Both the position numbers and the translations under genes were made by a program. This document shows, piece after piece, positions 18,401-27,193 of a DNA stretch of 64,000 nt. Where the stretch lies: contig JAKEER010000111.1 in the NCBI GenBank assembly GCA_022616615.1, forward strand, positions 1,478 through 65,477. The letters run 5' to 3'. The stretch is from Acidobacteriota bacterium. GTDB lineage: Bacteria > Acidobacteriota > Terriglobia > Versatilivoradales > Versatilivoraceae. The stretch's first letter is position 1. The number at the start of each line of letters is the position of its first letter. Under the pieces are notes generated by a model. That model was not told where the DNA came from. It did not search any database and was given only the letters and a program-made list of their open reading frames with translations.

Positions 18401-19211
18401 AATCCAGCTCCTCCTGGGCCACTTTTTCTACTTCAGCTTTCAGCTCCGCAAGGATGTTCTTGGCGAAAACGATCAGATTGGGGTCCTCCAGATGCCGGGG
18501 GCGGGCATAGTCAATCTCGAACTCACGTTTGACGCGTCCCGGATGCGTCGAGAACACCAGCACACGGTCGCCCAGACACGCCGCCTCGCGCACATTGTGC
18601 GTCACAAAGATAATGGTCTTCCGGGTGGCGGCCCAAATCTCTTGCAACTCTTCATGAAGAATGTCGCGGGTCTGGGCGTCAAGCGCGGCAAACGGTTCGT
18701 CCATGAGCAGGATCTCCGGATCGATGGCCAGGGCACGGGCCAGCGCCACGCGCTGCTTCATTCCACCCGAGAGTTCGTGGACATAGGAATGTGAAAACCG
18801 GGTGAGGTGGACCATCTTCAGGAAATGCATCGCTCTCTCTTCCCGTTCCTTCTTGCCAATGCCCGCCATCCGCAGCCCAAACTCGACATTCTTGCGGACA
18901 GTCAGCCAAGGGAAGAGTGCCAGCTCCTGAAAGATGACTACCCGGTCAGTACCGGGCCCTTGGATGCCTTTCCCATTTACCAGGGCTTCGCCTCCATCCG
19001 GCTTTTCCAGGCCGGCAATGATGTTTAGCACTGTGCTCTTGCCACAGCCCGAGGGTCCAACGATGCAGAGGAACTCACCTTCGTATACTTCGAGGGTAAT
19101 GTCTTGAACGGCATTGAACTTTCCCGTCTTCGTGTGAAAGTTCTTGGCGACATTCCTCAGCGACAGCTTTGGGACGGCCAAGAGAGCTTGAGCTGGCATA
19201 TCGGTCATCAT
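18330..19211 (-). CDS. ABC transporter ATP-binding protein, NitT/TauT family (SsuB/TauB-like)
   Basis: Walker A GPSGCGKST, signature LSGGMKQRVALARAL, Walker B LLMDEPF. ATG at 19211 preferred over the GTG at 19268. Confidence 0.9.
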   Translation of the reverse strand: MMTDMPAQALLAVPKLSLRNVAKNFHTKTGKFNAVQDITLEVYEGEFLCIVGPSGCGKSTVLNIIAGLEKPDGGEALVNGKGIQGPGTDRVVIFQELALFPWLTVRKNVEFGLRMAGIGKKEREERAMHFLKMVHLTRFSHSYVHELSGGMKQRVALARALAIDPEILLMDEPFAALDAQTRDILHEELQEIWAATRKTIIFVTHNVREAACLGDRVLVFSTHPGRVKREFEIDYARPRHLEDPNLIVFAKNILAELKAEVEKVAQEELDYDWRTGKKKFVLRPGDHDLGSGI

Positions 19212-19235
19212 TGAAAAGCTGTCGATTGGTTTAGT

Positions 19236-19276
19236 GAAAACAAAAAACCCATTGTCATGGATTCGCACAATGGGTT
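19236..19276 (-). terminator. Rho-independent terminator or attenuator after cysK
   Basis: Minus strand: AACCCATTGT-(11-nt loop)-ACAATGGGTT, a perfect 10-bp stem, followed directly by TTTTTTGTTTT. Confidence 0.65.
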
Positions 19277-19379
19277 ACGGTCCTGCACGTCTAAGCACCG
19301 GCACTGCATTCGGCGGGCTTGGAAACCGAGGGCCAGGCAACCTCAGCCCATCGACCTGCGCAGTGCGGGCTCTGATGGC

Positions 19380-20333
19380 TCACAGCGTTAACCCCGGCGG
19401 AGTGTTCAGGTCGGCAAACAATGCAGTGCTCAGATATCTCTCGCCCGTGCTTGGCAGCACAGTCACAATTAGCTTGCCTCTGTTCTCGGGACGGCTGGCG
19501 ACCTGCAAAGACGCGTAGACGGCCGCGCCAGAAGAAATCCCGACCAGCAGCCCTTCCTCGCGAATCAGCCGGCGGGCTGTGTGGATGGCCTGCTCGTTCG
19601 TTACCTGAATGATTTCGTCAATGACTTCTCTGTTCAGAATGTCTGGAACGAATCCGGCCCCAATTCCCTGAATCTTGTGCGGGCCTGGCGGGCCGCCCGA
19701 AAGCACCGGCGAATCGACCGGTTCCACCGCTACTATCTTGAAACTTGATTTGCGTGCCTTGATGATTTCACCAACACCTGTAATCGTTCCTCCCGTGCCT
19801 ACACCGACTACGAAAATGTCGACCTGGCCGTCTGTGTCATTCCAGATCTCCTCTGCGGTGGTTAATCGGTGGATCTTTGGGTTGGCCGGGTTCTTGAACT
19901 GCTGGGGAATCCAGGAGTTCGGGGTTTTGGCAGCCAGCTCTTCGGCAACCGAAATTGCGCCCCGCATTCCCTCAGCACCCGGCGTCAGCACCAGTTCTGC
20001 GCCAAACGCTCTGAGCAGTGTTCGCCTCTCCAGGCTCATCGTGTCAGGCATCGTCAAAATCAGGCGATAGCCCTTCACAGCACACACGAACGCCAATGCA
20101 ATGCCAGTATTTCCGCTGGTCGGCTCGATGATCACCGTGCTCCGATTGATCACTCCGGACTTCTCTGCTTCGTTGATCATGCTGATGCCGATCCGGTCTT
20201 TGACGCTTCCGGCCGGATTATAGGACTCCAGCTTGGCAACCACCGTCGCGACAGCCCCCTCAGTTACCTTGTTCAAGCGCACCATAGGGGTCTTGCCCAT
20301 GAGTTCCAAAACGTTGTTCGCAATGTTTGCCAT
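19380..20333 (-). CDS. cysK: Cysteine synthase A (O-acetylserine sulfhydrylase)
   Basis: [22 protein letters not shown]..., PLP-lysine region [30 protein letters not shown] at 20333 with AGGAG 8 nt upstream. Confidence 0.92.
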   Translation of the reverse strand: MANIANNVLELMGKTPMVRLNKVTEGAVATVVAKLESYNPAGSVKDRIGISMINEAEKSGVINRSTVIIEPTSGNTGIALAFVCAVKGYRLILTMPDTMSLERRTLLRAFGAELVLTPGAEGMRGAISVAEELAAKTPNSWIPQQFKNPANPKIHRLTTAEEIWNDTDGQVDIFVVGVGTGGTITGVGEIIKARKSSFKIVAVEPVDSPVLSGGPPGPHKIQGIGAGFVPDILNREVIDEIIQVTNEQAIHTARRLIREEGLLVGISSGAAVYASLQVASRPENRGKLIVTVLPSTGERYLSTALFADLNTPPGLTL

Positions 20334-20343
20334 GCGCGGACTC

Positions 20344-20781
20344 CTAAATGTAGTACATGAACTGCTCCTGAATTCTTCTCTGGCGGTCGCAAAATTCTTC
20401 CAATGTCTTCTGCTTAAGAATGCCAACAGTGTGGGAAACGAGATCTATCCAGATATCTTTTAGAATTTCCTGGGTCGGATTTTGATCCGGTTTTGACTTT
20501 CCAACGAAGTTCACGTTTTCAATGGGACCTTCCAAGGCCGTGACTATGTCGAACAGTGTAATCTCCTGAGCAGCCCGTGCTAATTGATAACCTCCCTGGC
20601 GTCCCCTTGAACTTTCAATCAAACCGGCCTTCTTCAGCATGAGCAGGAGTTGATCTAGGTATTGCTTGGGGATGTTTTGCCTTTCAGCAATCTGAAAGCT
20701 CTGAACAGGACCACGCCCTGAGTGCAATGCCAGATCGATGACAGCCAACAACCCGTACTCGCCTTTAGTGGAGAGTTTCAT
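20344..20781 (-). CDS. Rrf2-family transcriptional regulator (CymR/IscR-like)
   Basis: 145 aa, [18 protein letters not shown]..., winged-helix [34 protein letters not shown]. Its stop TAG overlaps the cysK SD. Confidence 0.9.
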   Translation of the reverse strand: MKLSTKGEYGLLAVIDLALHSGRGPVQSFQIAERQNIPKQYLDQLLLMLKKAGLIESSRGRQGGYQLARAAQEITLFDIVTALEGPIENVNFVGKSKPDQNPTQEILKDIWIDLVSHTVGILKQKTLEEFCDRQRRIQEQFMYYI

Positions 20782-20902
20782 CTCAATTCCCTAACATGAC
20801 TAAGAAAATCAGAATACTCAATATACTCACTGAGCAACGTTGCAGTCAACAGGAAACTCAAGTCAAGAAAGCAGATACATACCAGATCTCTGTACTTCAG
20901 GC

Positions 20903-20954
20903 TTGACTTGCCCAGGTAAACCCAATATATTGACTAAGCCTATTTGTTTAGTCA
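20903..20954 (+). promoter_or_regulatory. Candidate cysH promoter with an overlapping inverted-repeat operator
   Basis: TTGACT (20903..20908), 17 nt, TATATT (20926..20931). Immediately followed by TGACTAA-N10-TTAGTCA (20931..20954). Another TGACTAAG copy lies at 20797..20804 next to the Rrf2 gene start. Confidence 0.4.
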
Positions 20955-21075
20955 TGTTTTACTTGAAATTGAGGATTCTTCCGCCAAAGAGTACGCCGCC
21001 CTCTGACGCTCCCTGCTAGCGTTTGGGCAGGCAAATTCGAAGGACTTCATCCTCACTGTATCTAAAAACTGCTCG

Positions 21076-21828
21076 ATGGAAAAGACTGACGACCTTCCCC
21101 GCAATCAAGATTCTGTCTCCGCCTGGCAAACGCTGCTGGCTGAAACGAATGCCTCAGAAGTCATTCGCTGGGCGGCTGAGACCTTCGGAAGCCGGCTGTG
21201 TTTTGCCTCATCGCTAGGAGCCGAGGACCAGGTTATCACGCACTTTATAGCCGAGGCAGCACCCGGAATTCGCCTCTTCACCCTGGACACAGGAAGACTG
21301 TTTCCTGAGACCTATCAGCTGATTGACAACACCGAGGTTCGTTACAATCGTAGAGTTGAGGTGTTTGCTCCAAACACGCAGGAAGTGGAATCGATGGTGG
21401 GCGAGCACGGGATCAACTTGTTTTACAAGAGTGTGGAGAACCGCAAGCTCTGTTGCTCGATCCGAAAGATTCACCCGTTGAAGAGGGCTTTGGCTGGCGT
21501 GGATGCCTGGATCTGCGGGCTTAGGCGCGATCAGGCAGTGACACGCCAGCAAGTCCAGGTTATCGAATGGGACGAGCAGTTTGGAATTGTGAAGATCAAT
21601 CCGCTGTGGAACTGGTCTGAGCAGCAGGTCTGGGACTGCATCAAGAATAATCTCATCCCTTACAATCCACTTCACGACAAAGGATTCCTCAGCATTGGGT
21701 GTTCCTGCTGCACGCGCGCGGTAGCAGCAGGCGAAGATGTCCGCGCTGGCCGCTGGTGGTGGGAGCAACCGGAACACAAAGAATGCGGCTTGCATCGCAA
21801 GGATGGGAAACTGGTAAGGGCCGAATGA
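21076..21828 (+). CDS. cysH: Adenylylsulfate/phosphoadenylylsulfate reductase (thioredoxin-dependent); Cys pattern suggests the Fe-S APS-reductase type
   Basis: PAPS_reduct fold. Cys pair KLCCSIRK plus GCSCCT and the C-terminal catalytic KECGLH motif. Confidence 0.9.
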   Translation: MEKTDDLPRNQDSVSAWQTLLAETNASEVIRWAAETFGSRLCFASSLGAEDQVITHFIAEAAPGIRLFTLDTGRLFPETYQLIDNTEVRYNRRVEVFAPNTQEVESMVGEHGINLFYKSVENRKLCCSIRKIHPLKRALAGVDAWICGLRRDQAVTRQQVQVIEWDEQFGIVKINPLWNWSEQQVWDCIKNNLIPYNPLHDKGFLSIGCSCCTRAVAAGEDVRAGRWWWEQPEHKECGLHRKDGKLVRAE

Positions 21829-22805
21829 GCATTCTGACGAGTCCGACTGAGCTGGCTAGCGAAACGTCCGAAAAAAGCCGCTCGGCACTTGAGGCAGGAA
21901 TGGAAAGCTACTTTTTGTCGCACCTTGATGTGTTAGAAGCCGAAGCGATTCACATCATGAGGGAAGTGGCGGCTGAGTTTCGGCGCCCCGTGATGCTGTT
22001 TTCAGGGGGCAAAGATTCCATCTGCATGCTGCGTCTTGCCGAAAAGGCCTTTCGTCCGGCCCACTTTCCTTTTCCCCTGCTTCACATCGACACAGGACAC
22101 AATTTCCCTGAAGTAATCGATTTTCGTGACCGGCGCGCGGCGCAGCTTGGGGAACGGTTGATTGTCCGCACTGTCCAGGACGCTATTGAAGCCGGAATTG
22201 CTACAGAGCCTACAGGCGGCGACCGAAGCCGGAATTGGCTCCAGATTCCAACGTTGCTCAATGCGATTGAAGAGTTCAAGTTTGACGCCGCCTTTGGTGG
22301 CGCCCGGCGGGACGAAGAAAAGTCGCGCGCCAAAGAGCGGGTCTTCTCGTTCCGCGATGAGTTCGGCCAGTGGGATCCGCGCAATCAGCGCCCCGAACTG
22401 TGGAACCTCTATAACACCAAGATTGCTCCCGGCCAGCACATCCGCGTCTTTCCGCTATCCAATTGGACTGAACTCGACATCTGGCAGTACATCGAGCGTG
22501 AAGCTCTCGAAATACCAACCATTTATTTTTCCCACTCAAGGGAGATGTTCCTGCGTGACGGGCTCTGGATGAGCCACTCTGATCTTCTTCCGCTGAGGCA
22601 GGGCGAAACCGTTCTGAAGAAGACGATTCGCTTTCGAACGGTAGGCGACATTATCTCAACCGCTGCAGTTGAGTCCCAAGCCTCCACCGTTCGCGAAATT
22701 ATCGAGGAGATCGCTGCTACTCGAATCGCTGAACGGGGTGCTCGGGCCGATGATCGCCGCTCCGAAACGGCGATGGAAGACCGAAAGCGAGAGGGGTATT
22801 TCTGA
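21825..22805 (+). CDS. cysD: Sulfate adenylyltransferase subunit 2
   Basis: VMLFSGGKDS PP-loop, HIDTGHNFPE, canonical C-terminus MEDRKREGYF. The ATG at 21825 overlaps the cysH stop (ATGA). Confidence 0.95.
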   Translation: MSILTSPTELASETSEKSRSALEAGMESYFLSHLDVLEAEAIHIMREVAAEFRRPVMLFSGGKDSICMLRLAEKAFRPAHFPFPLLHIDTGHNFPEVIDFRDRRAAQLGERLIVRTVQDAIEAGIATEPTGGDRSRNWLQIPTLLNAIEEFKFDAAFGGARRDEEKSRAKERVFSFRDEFGQWDPRNQRPELWNLYNTKIAPGQHIRVFPLSNWTELDIWQYIEREALEIPTIYFSHSREMFLRDGLWMSHSDLLPLRQGETVLKKTIRFRTVGDIISTAAVESQASTVREIIEEIAATRIAERGARADDRRSETAMEDRKREGYF

Positions 22806-24124
22806 TGCCGGGAACGGCTAAGACAAACACCAAGTCGGTCGAACTGCTTCGCTTCTCGACCTGCGGCAGTGTCGACGACGGAAAGAGCACATTGATTGGG
22901 CGACTGCTGCACGACTCCAAGTCAGTTTTCGAGGATCAACTTCAGGCTCTCGAAAGGGCTCGGGAATTGCGCGGTGAATCCTCTGTGAACTTGGCCAACC
23001 TTACGGACGGTCTTCGGGCTGAACGGGAGCAGGGCATTACGATTGACGTCGCCTATCGTTATTTCGCGACGCCTAGGCGGCGCTTCATTGTTGCCGATAC
23101 GCCGGGACACATTCAATACACGCGCAACATGGTGACAGGTGCCTCAACAGCGAGTTTAGCCCTGGTGTTGGTGGACGCTCGCAAAGGCGTCATCGAACAA
23201 ACACGGCGGCATAGCTATATTGCCTCGCTGTTGGGGATCCCCCATCTTGTGCTGTGCGTCAACAAGATGGACTTGGTTGCGTTTTCTCAGGGTTTATACG
23301 AGAAGATCCGCCAGGACTTTACTGTCTTTTCCACCCGGCTTCGCATCAAGCACATCACTTTCATTCCAATGAGCGGTCTGCTGGGCGACAATGTCGTTGA
23401 CCGTTCCGCAAGCATGTCCTGGTATCAGGGCGAGCCGCTGCTTTCGTTTCTTGAAGATGTCCATATCGCAAGCGACTGGAATCTTCAAGACGCGCGTTTT
23501 CCCGTTCAGTGGGTGGTTCGCCTCCGGGATAGCGTGCATCGAGATTTTCGAGCCTATGCGGGGCAAATTGCCAGTGGCGTCTTTAGGGTGGGAGACAGAG
23601 TTCTAGTGTTGCCCTCGGGGAGAACTTCAAAGATTAGGGATATTGTATTGATGGGCCGGTCGATGAAAGTCGCTCACGCCTCGATGTCGGTCTCATTGTT
23701 GCTAGAAGACGAAATCGATGTGAGTCGGGGCGATATGATCGTTCCCGTTGAAAATCTGCCCTATATCGGCAAAGAAGCCGAAGCCATGCTGTGCTGGATG
23801 CACGAGACCCCGATGCAACCCGGGAAAAAGTACGTCATCAAGCACACAACGAACTCGACCAAGGGGGTGATTACCGCCCTTCACTGCCGTGTGAATGTTG
23901 ACACGATGGAAGAGGAACGGGCTTCGGCGCTAGGACTGAACGAGATTGGAAAGGTTTCGATCCGCTCAGCTACACCGTTAATCTATGACGAGTACTACCA
24001 TAACCGGCGTCTCGGAGGCTTCATTGTTATCGACGAGGCCACTTACGCAACAGTGGGTGCCGGAATGTTGTTTGAACCCACCAAAGTGCCGCCCCTCCCG
24101 GAGTACACAGACTACGCAATTTGA
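22805..24124 (+). CDS. cysN: Sulfate adenylyltransferase subunit 1 (GTPase), with no fused APS-kinase domain
   Basis: G1 CGSVDDGKST, G3 DTPGH, G4 NKMD. 439 aa, so no CysC extension. The start overlaps the cysD stop by 1 nt. Confidence 0.95.
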   Translation: MPGTAKTNTKSVELLRFSTCGSVDDGKSTLIGRLLHDSKSVFEDQLQALERARELRGESSVNLANLTDGLRAEREQGITIDVAYRYFATPRRRFIVADTPGHIQYTRNMVTGASTASLALVLVDARKGVIEQTRRHSYIASLLGIPHLVLCVNKMDLVAFSQGLYEKIRQDFTVFSTRLRIKHITFIPMSGLLGDNVVDRSASMSWYQGEPLLSFLEDVHIASDWNLQDARFPVQWVVRLRDSVHRDFRAYAGQIASGVFRVGDRVLVLPSGRTSKIRDIVLMGRSMKVAHASMSVSLLLEDEIDVSRGDMIVPVENLPYIGKEAEAMLCWMHETPMQPGKKYVIKHTTNSTKGVITALHCRVNVDTMEEERASALGLNEIGKVSIRSATPLIYDEYYHNRRLGGFIVIDEATYATVGAGMLFEPTKVPPLPEYTDYAI

Positions 24125-24128
24125 GCTG

Positions 24129-24638
24129 CTACTGCTTCTTCTCTTCTGTCCAGGCGAAGGCGGTGATTTCCCACCGTCCCCCCGGCTTCGATAACAGCCA
24201 CAGCGCTTGTCCCGCCAAACCCGCAAATCCCTCCCGCTCGTACTGATCCGAGGTTTTGGAGTAGGTGGCACGGACCAGAGCCGAGTTCTGCATGAGGCTG
24301 ACATCCAGAGTACCTAAGACGAAGTTGACGCTCTTGCCAGGGCGAAACAGCTCATGATGACGAATGATGGCCCTTTGCAAGCTGTAGGGTTCACCAGTCG
24401 TCGCGTTGACTTCAACATACCCAGCCCCACAATCCCTGAACAGAAGCAGTTCATCATGCCTAGCGTAAGCCTCCTTCTGCCGATTGAGCAAGGCCTCAAC
24501 CGTGGTGCGGTCATCGGATGTTCCCTGACGACTGGGGTTAACAATCAATCCTGGCCCGGCGGTTCGCTGTCCCACGAAAAAGCCTATGCCTCCGCCGACC
24601 AGTAAGACAGCAAGAATGTATAGGTAGGGCTTCATCAC
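24129..24638 (-). CDS. Membrane-anchored hypothetical protein, possibly NTF2/SnoaL-like (DUF4440-like) fold
   Basis: 169 aa, N-terminal TM (YLYILAVLLVGGGIGFFVG), and a C-terminal pattern (...GGRWEITAFAWTE) typical of NTF2-like domains. The family call is tentative. Confidence 0.45.
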   Translation of the reverse strand: MMKPYLYILAVLLVGGGIGFFVGQRTAGPGLIVNPSRQGTSDDRTTVEALLNRQKEAYARHDELLLFRDCGAGYVEVNATTGEPYSLQRAIIRHHELFRPGKSVNFVLGTLDVSLMQNSALVRATYSKTSDQYEREGFAGLAGQALWLLSKPGGRWEITAFAWTEEKKQ

Positions 24639-25006
24639 TTTCTCCGATCCATTATTAATATTCTAGAATTCCCAGTAGTCAGTCCGCAAGAGACAATGAT
24701 TGGAAAGCGGTTCTCTTCAACCTAAATTCTCGCTTCCGCAAAAAAGCCGATGACGATTGGGTAATGGAGTTCCACTTCTTGCCCACGTTTGAGAAAAAAA
24801 ATGCCTCTTTCTAAGCAAATGGGTAACAAACGGGACAGGGAGGCATCTATGCAACCTTTAAACCATTGAAAAAAAAAGATGTGTATAACACTTCAGCTCA
24901 CTAAGGTATTGCACCCCGTGGAAGAGAAACTGCTATGCACAAGTCACGGCTGTCTTTACCGGATTGACCACCGTCTCGTTTCACTTTGAACCCAGGTACA
25001 GCGTTG

Positions 25007-25339
25007 ATGTCGTTTACAGATCGGCGTGAGTATTATCGACTGCCTATCCGAGTTCCTATTTTCATCAAAGGAATCGATCGAGATGGTGATGAGTTTTTTG
25101 AGCTAACTCACACTATCAACGTTAGTGCAAGTGGAGCTTGTCTGATCACCAAGCGAGATCTTCCACTTTCTGCCGATCTTTTGGTATCTATCCCGGCTCC
25201 CGTGAGCACGGATTACGGTCTGCCGGAGGATCGCGACTTCAGATTTCCAGCCAAAGTCGTTCGCCTTGAGAATGGCTTACTGAACCCAAATCGCAAGGTC
25301 TCTGTCCGCTTCACGAAGCTGCTATATGAGAAGCCCTGA
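25007..25339 (+). CDS. Stand-alone PilZ-domain protein (c-di-GMP receptor)
   Basis: RxxxR motif (RREYYR, nt 25022..25039) and D/NxSxxG motif (NVSASG, nt 25118..25135) at canonical spacing. ATG at 25007 preferred to the TTG at 24986. Confidence 0.8.
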   Translation: MSFTDRREYYRLPIRVPIFIKGIDRDGDEFFELTHTINVSASGACLITKRDLPLSADLLVSIPAPVSTDYGLPEDRDFRFPAKVVRLENGLLNPNRKVSVRFTKLLYEKP

Positions 25340-25639
25340 GTTGGCTTCCCTTATCCCACCCTTTAGGCTCCTTGTCTCCAGTTGATTAGGAAATAGTGGT
25401 AGTAGAATTCCACCTTAGCTAAAACTCATTCCATACTTGGACGGATGGAAAAGTTATTCCCCTTCGCAAGAAATCTCTCCGCCAATACCCTTACTCGAAT
25501 TTAAGGCATTATTTTTAACGGCTTATTGTACATTGGAGACAACCTAATTGTTTGGCTTGGCATGGAGATTCTTTTGCTAATAGGAACAGCGAGCAAGACT
25601 AACCGCTCGTTGCCAAAACTTGATTGATCCGGTGAATCT

Positions 25640-26686
25640 ATGGAAACAACAATAGCCTTACCTGCAGAGAACCACGAAAATTTTGAGCATGTCTCAGCCG
25701 AGGAGCGCTTCCCCCTTATTCTCGGCCGCAGCGATAAGATGAAGGAGGTTCAAAGGATCATTGATCAAGTGGCGGCGACCGACATTACCGTTTTGATCCG
25801 GGGCGAGAGTGGCACAGGCAAGGAATTGGTGGCACGGGAGATCTGTACACGCTCGAAAAGGAACCATAAGCCGTTTGTCAAAGTCAATTGTGCCGCGATT
25901 CCTTCAGGATTGCTGGAAAGTGAGTTGTTCGGATATGAGAAGGGCTCGTTTACTGGAGCTGTAACTCGGAAGCCCGGGAAGTTTGAATTCGCCAACCATG
26001 GAACGATTTTTCTTGACGAGATTAGCGAGATGCACCCCTCGCTTCAAGCAAAACTCCTGCATGTTCTTCAAGACAACGAGTTCAGCCGCTTGGGTGGAGA
26101 CGAGGAAGTGTCGGTCGACGTTCGTGTCATTACCGCAACTAACCGCCAGATCGAGAAGGAATTGCAGAGCGGCAACTTTCGAGAGGATCTCTACTATCGG
26201 ATCAACGTCGTTAGCATTCACCTTCCCCCTTTGCGAGAGAGGAAGGAAGATATTCCGGAGCTGTGCGAACACTTCCTGACGAAGTATGCCACGGTCTTTG
26301 ACAAGAACCAGCGCTCGCTCTCGAGGTCGGCGATGAATTATTTTTTCTCCTATGACTGGCCTGGTAATGTGCGAGAGCTTGAAAATGTTGTAAAGAAGAT
26401 CGTTGTTCTTGAAGATGAAGACTTTGCCTTCCGCGATATAGGACTTGCGCCCACGTCAGACTTGCCCGAAGCCCAGCGTGGGACGGCAGGACGCCCCGAG
26501 CGAATTTCACTCAAGAAAGCAGGAAAGATGGCTGCGCAGGAAGCTGAAAAACAGTTAATTTTGGGGACGCTGCTGGAAACTCGCTGGAATCGAAAGAAGG
26601 CTGCTGATCTGCTTCAAATTAGCTACAAGGCATTGCTCTATAAGATCAAGCAAAGCGGACTAAACCGAAAGAGAATGTCGGCATGA
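25640..26686 (+). CDS. Sigma-54-dependent transcriptional activator (bEBP) lacking an N-terminal regulatory domain
   Basis: The AAA+ core starts about 35 aa from the N-terminus: GESGTGKE, ESELFGYEKGSFTGA (GAFTGA variant), FLDEI, R-finger region, C-terminal Fis-type HTH (KKAADLLQISYKALLYKIK). Confidence 0.9.
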   Translation: METTIALPAENHENFEHVSAEERFPLILGRSDKMKEVQRIIDQVAATDITVLIRGESGTGKELVAREICTRSKRNHKPFVKVNCAAIPSGLLESELFGYEKGSFTGAVTRKPGKFEFANHGTIFLDEISEMHPSLQAKLLHVLQDNEFSRLGGDEEVSVDVRVITATNRQIEKELQSGNFREDLYYRINVVSIHLPPLRERKEDIPELCEHFLTKYATVFDKNQRSLSRSAMNYFFSYDWPGNVRELENVVKKIVVLEDEDFAFRDIGLAPTSDLPEAQRGTAGRPERISLKKAGKMAAQEAEKQLILGTLLETRWNRKKAADLLQISYKALLYKIKQSGLNRKRMSA

Positions 26687-26710
26687 TCTGGTGCCGGCAG
26701 GGAAGACTGA

Positions 26711-27166
26711 ATGCTAAAATCCAGCCTCTTGTCGAGCAAGGAAGTTTTTGGGGCGCTCGTCGCAATCGAACTGAAGCGAAGTTTGCGATACCAGAACTAT
26801 CTGACTCTCTTGCTCATTGAAGCCCGCTCGGGGGGCGCCGCAGGTGGCGAACGACAGAATGGCAATGTCGCCTCTAAACTGACTGCCTTGGTGCGAGCCG
26901 TAATCAGAGAAACAGATTTGATCGGCGCTCCGGAGGAAAATCTTCTTACCATAGTGTTGCTAAATTCCGATAACAGAACCGCAAACAGGGTGGCAGAGCG
27001 GCTTAGTAGCTGGGTGTCGCAGTATCTAGGTGTGGGAAATCACCTTTCGATCGGTGGCGCCTGTTTCCCTACCCACGCTACCGATTTGAGAGGCCTCTAT
27101 CAGAGCGCCTCGGGCACGCTTGCCGCGGCTCGAGAGCAAAAAGCCAATTGTTATCGAATCCTGTAG
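26711..27166 (+). CDS. Degenerate GGDEF-like domain protein that keeps an RxxD I-site (candidate c-di-GMP effector)
   Basis: 151 aa. GGDEF-domain scaffold (F..LV.IELKRSLRYQNYLTLLLIE ... LSIGGACFP ... AAAREQKANCY). The GG(D/E)EF position reads PEENL (nt 26930..26944) and the metal-binding D-x-D is absent. RETD (nt 26906..26917) sits at the I-site position. Confidence 0.55.
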   Translation: MLKSSLLSSKEVFGALVAIELKRSLRYQNYLTLLLIEARSGGAAGGERQNGNVASKLTALVRAVIRETDLIGAPEENLLTIVLLNSDNRTANRVAERLSSWVSQYLGVGNHLSIGGACFPTHATDLRGLYQSASGTLAAAREQKANCYRIL

Positions 27167-27193
27167 GGGTCGCGCCGACTTCGGGAGGGATTC

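Noticed and set aside
21699-21824. N-terminal 42-codon extension of cysD in the ORF track (and similar 5' extensions of queA, cysK, the ABC ATPase, PilZ, ugd, wzm and others)
   Set aside because: The extensions overlap upstream genes and lack homology to the family N-termini. Internal ATGs reproduce canonical N-termini and often give ATGA-type coupling.
21076-21828. Idea that the PAPS-reductase-fold gene is a BrxP-like partner (type 4 BREX) of the ATPase-PglZ protein
   Set aside because: It lies about 5.6 kb away across unrelated genes. It is translationally coupled to cysD-cysN and has the full assimilatory CysH motif set (ECGLH). It is sulfur metabolism, not defence.
25563-25578. Sigma-54 promoter candidate TGGAGATTCTTTTGCT upstream of the bEBP gene
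   Set aside because: The GG-N10-GC spacing is right and the -12 TTGCT is good. However, the -24 element (TGGAGA versus TGGCAC) is poor. It is not convincing without a scoring matrix or experimental support.
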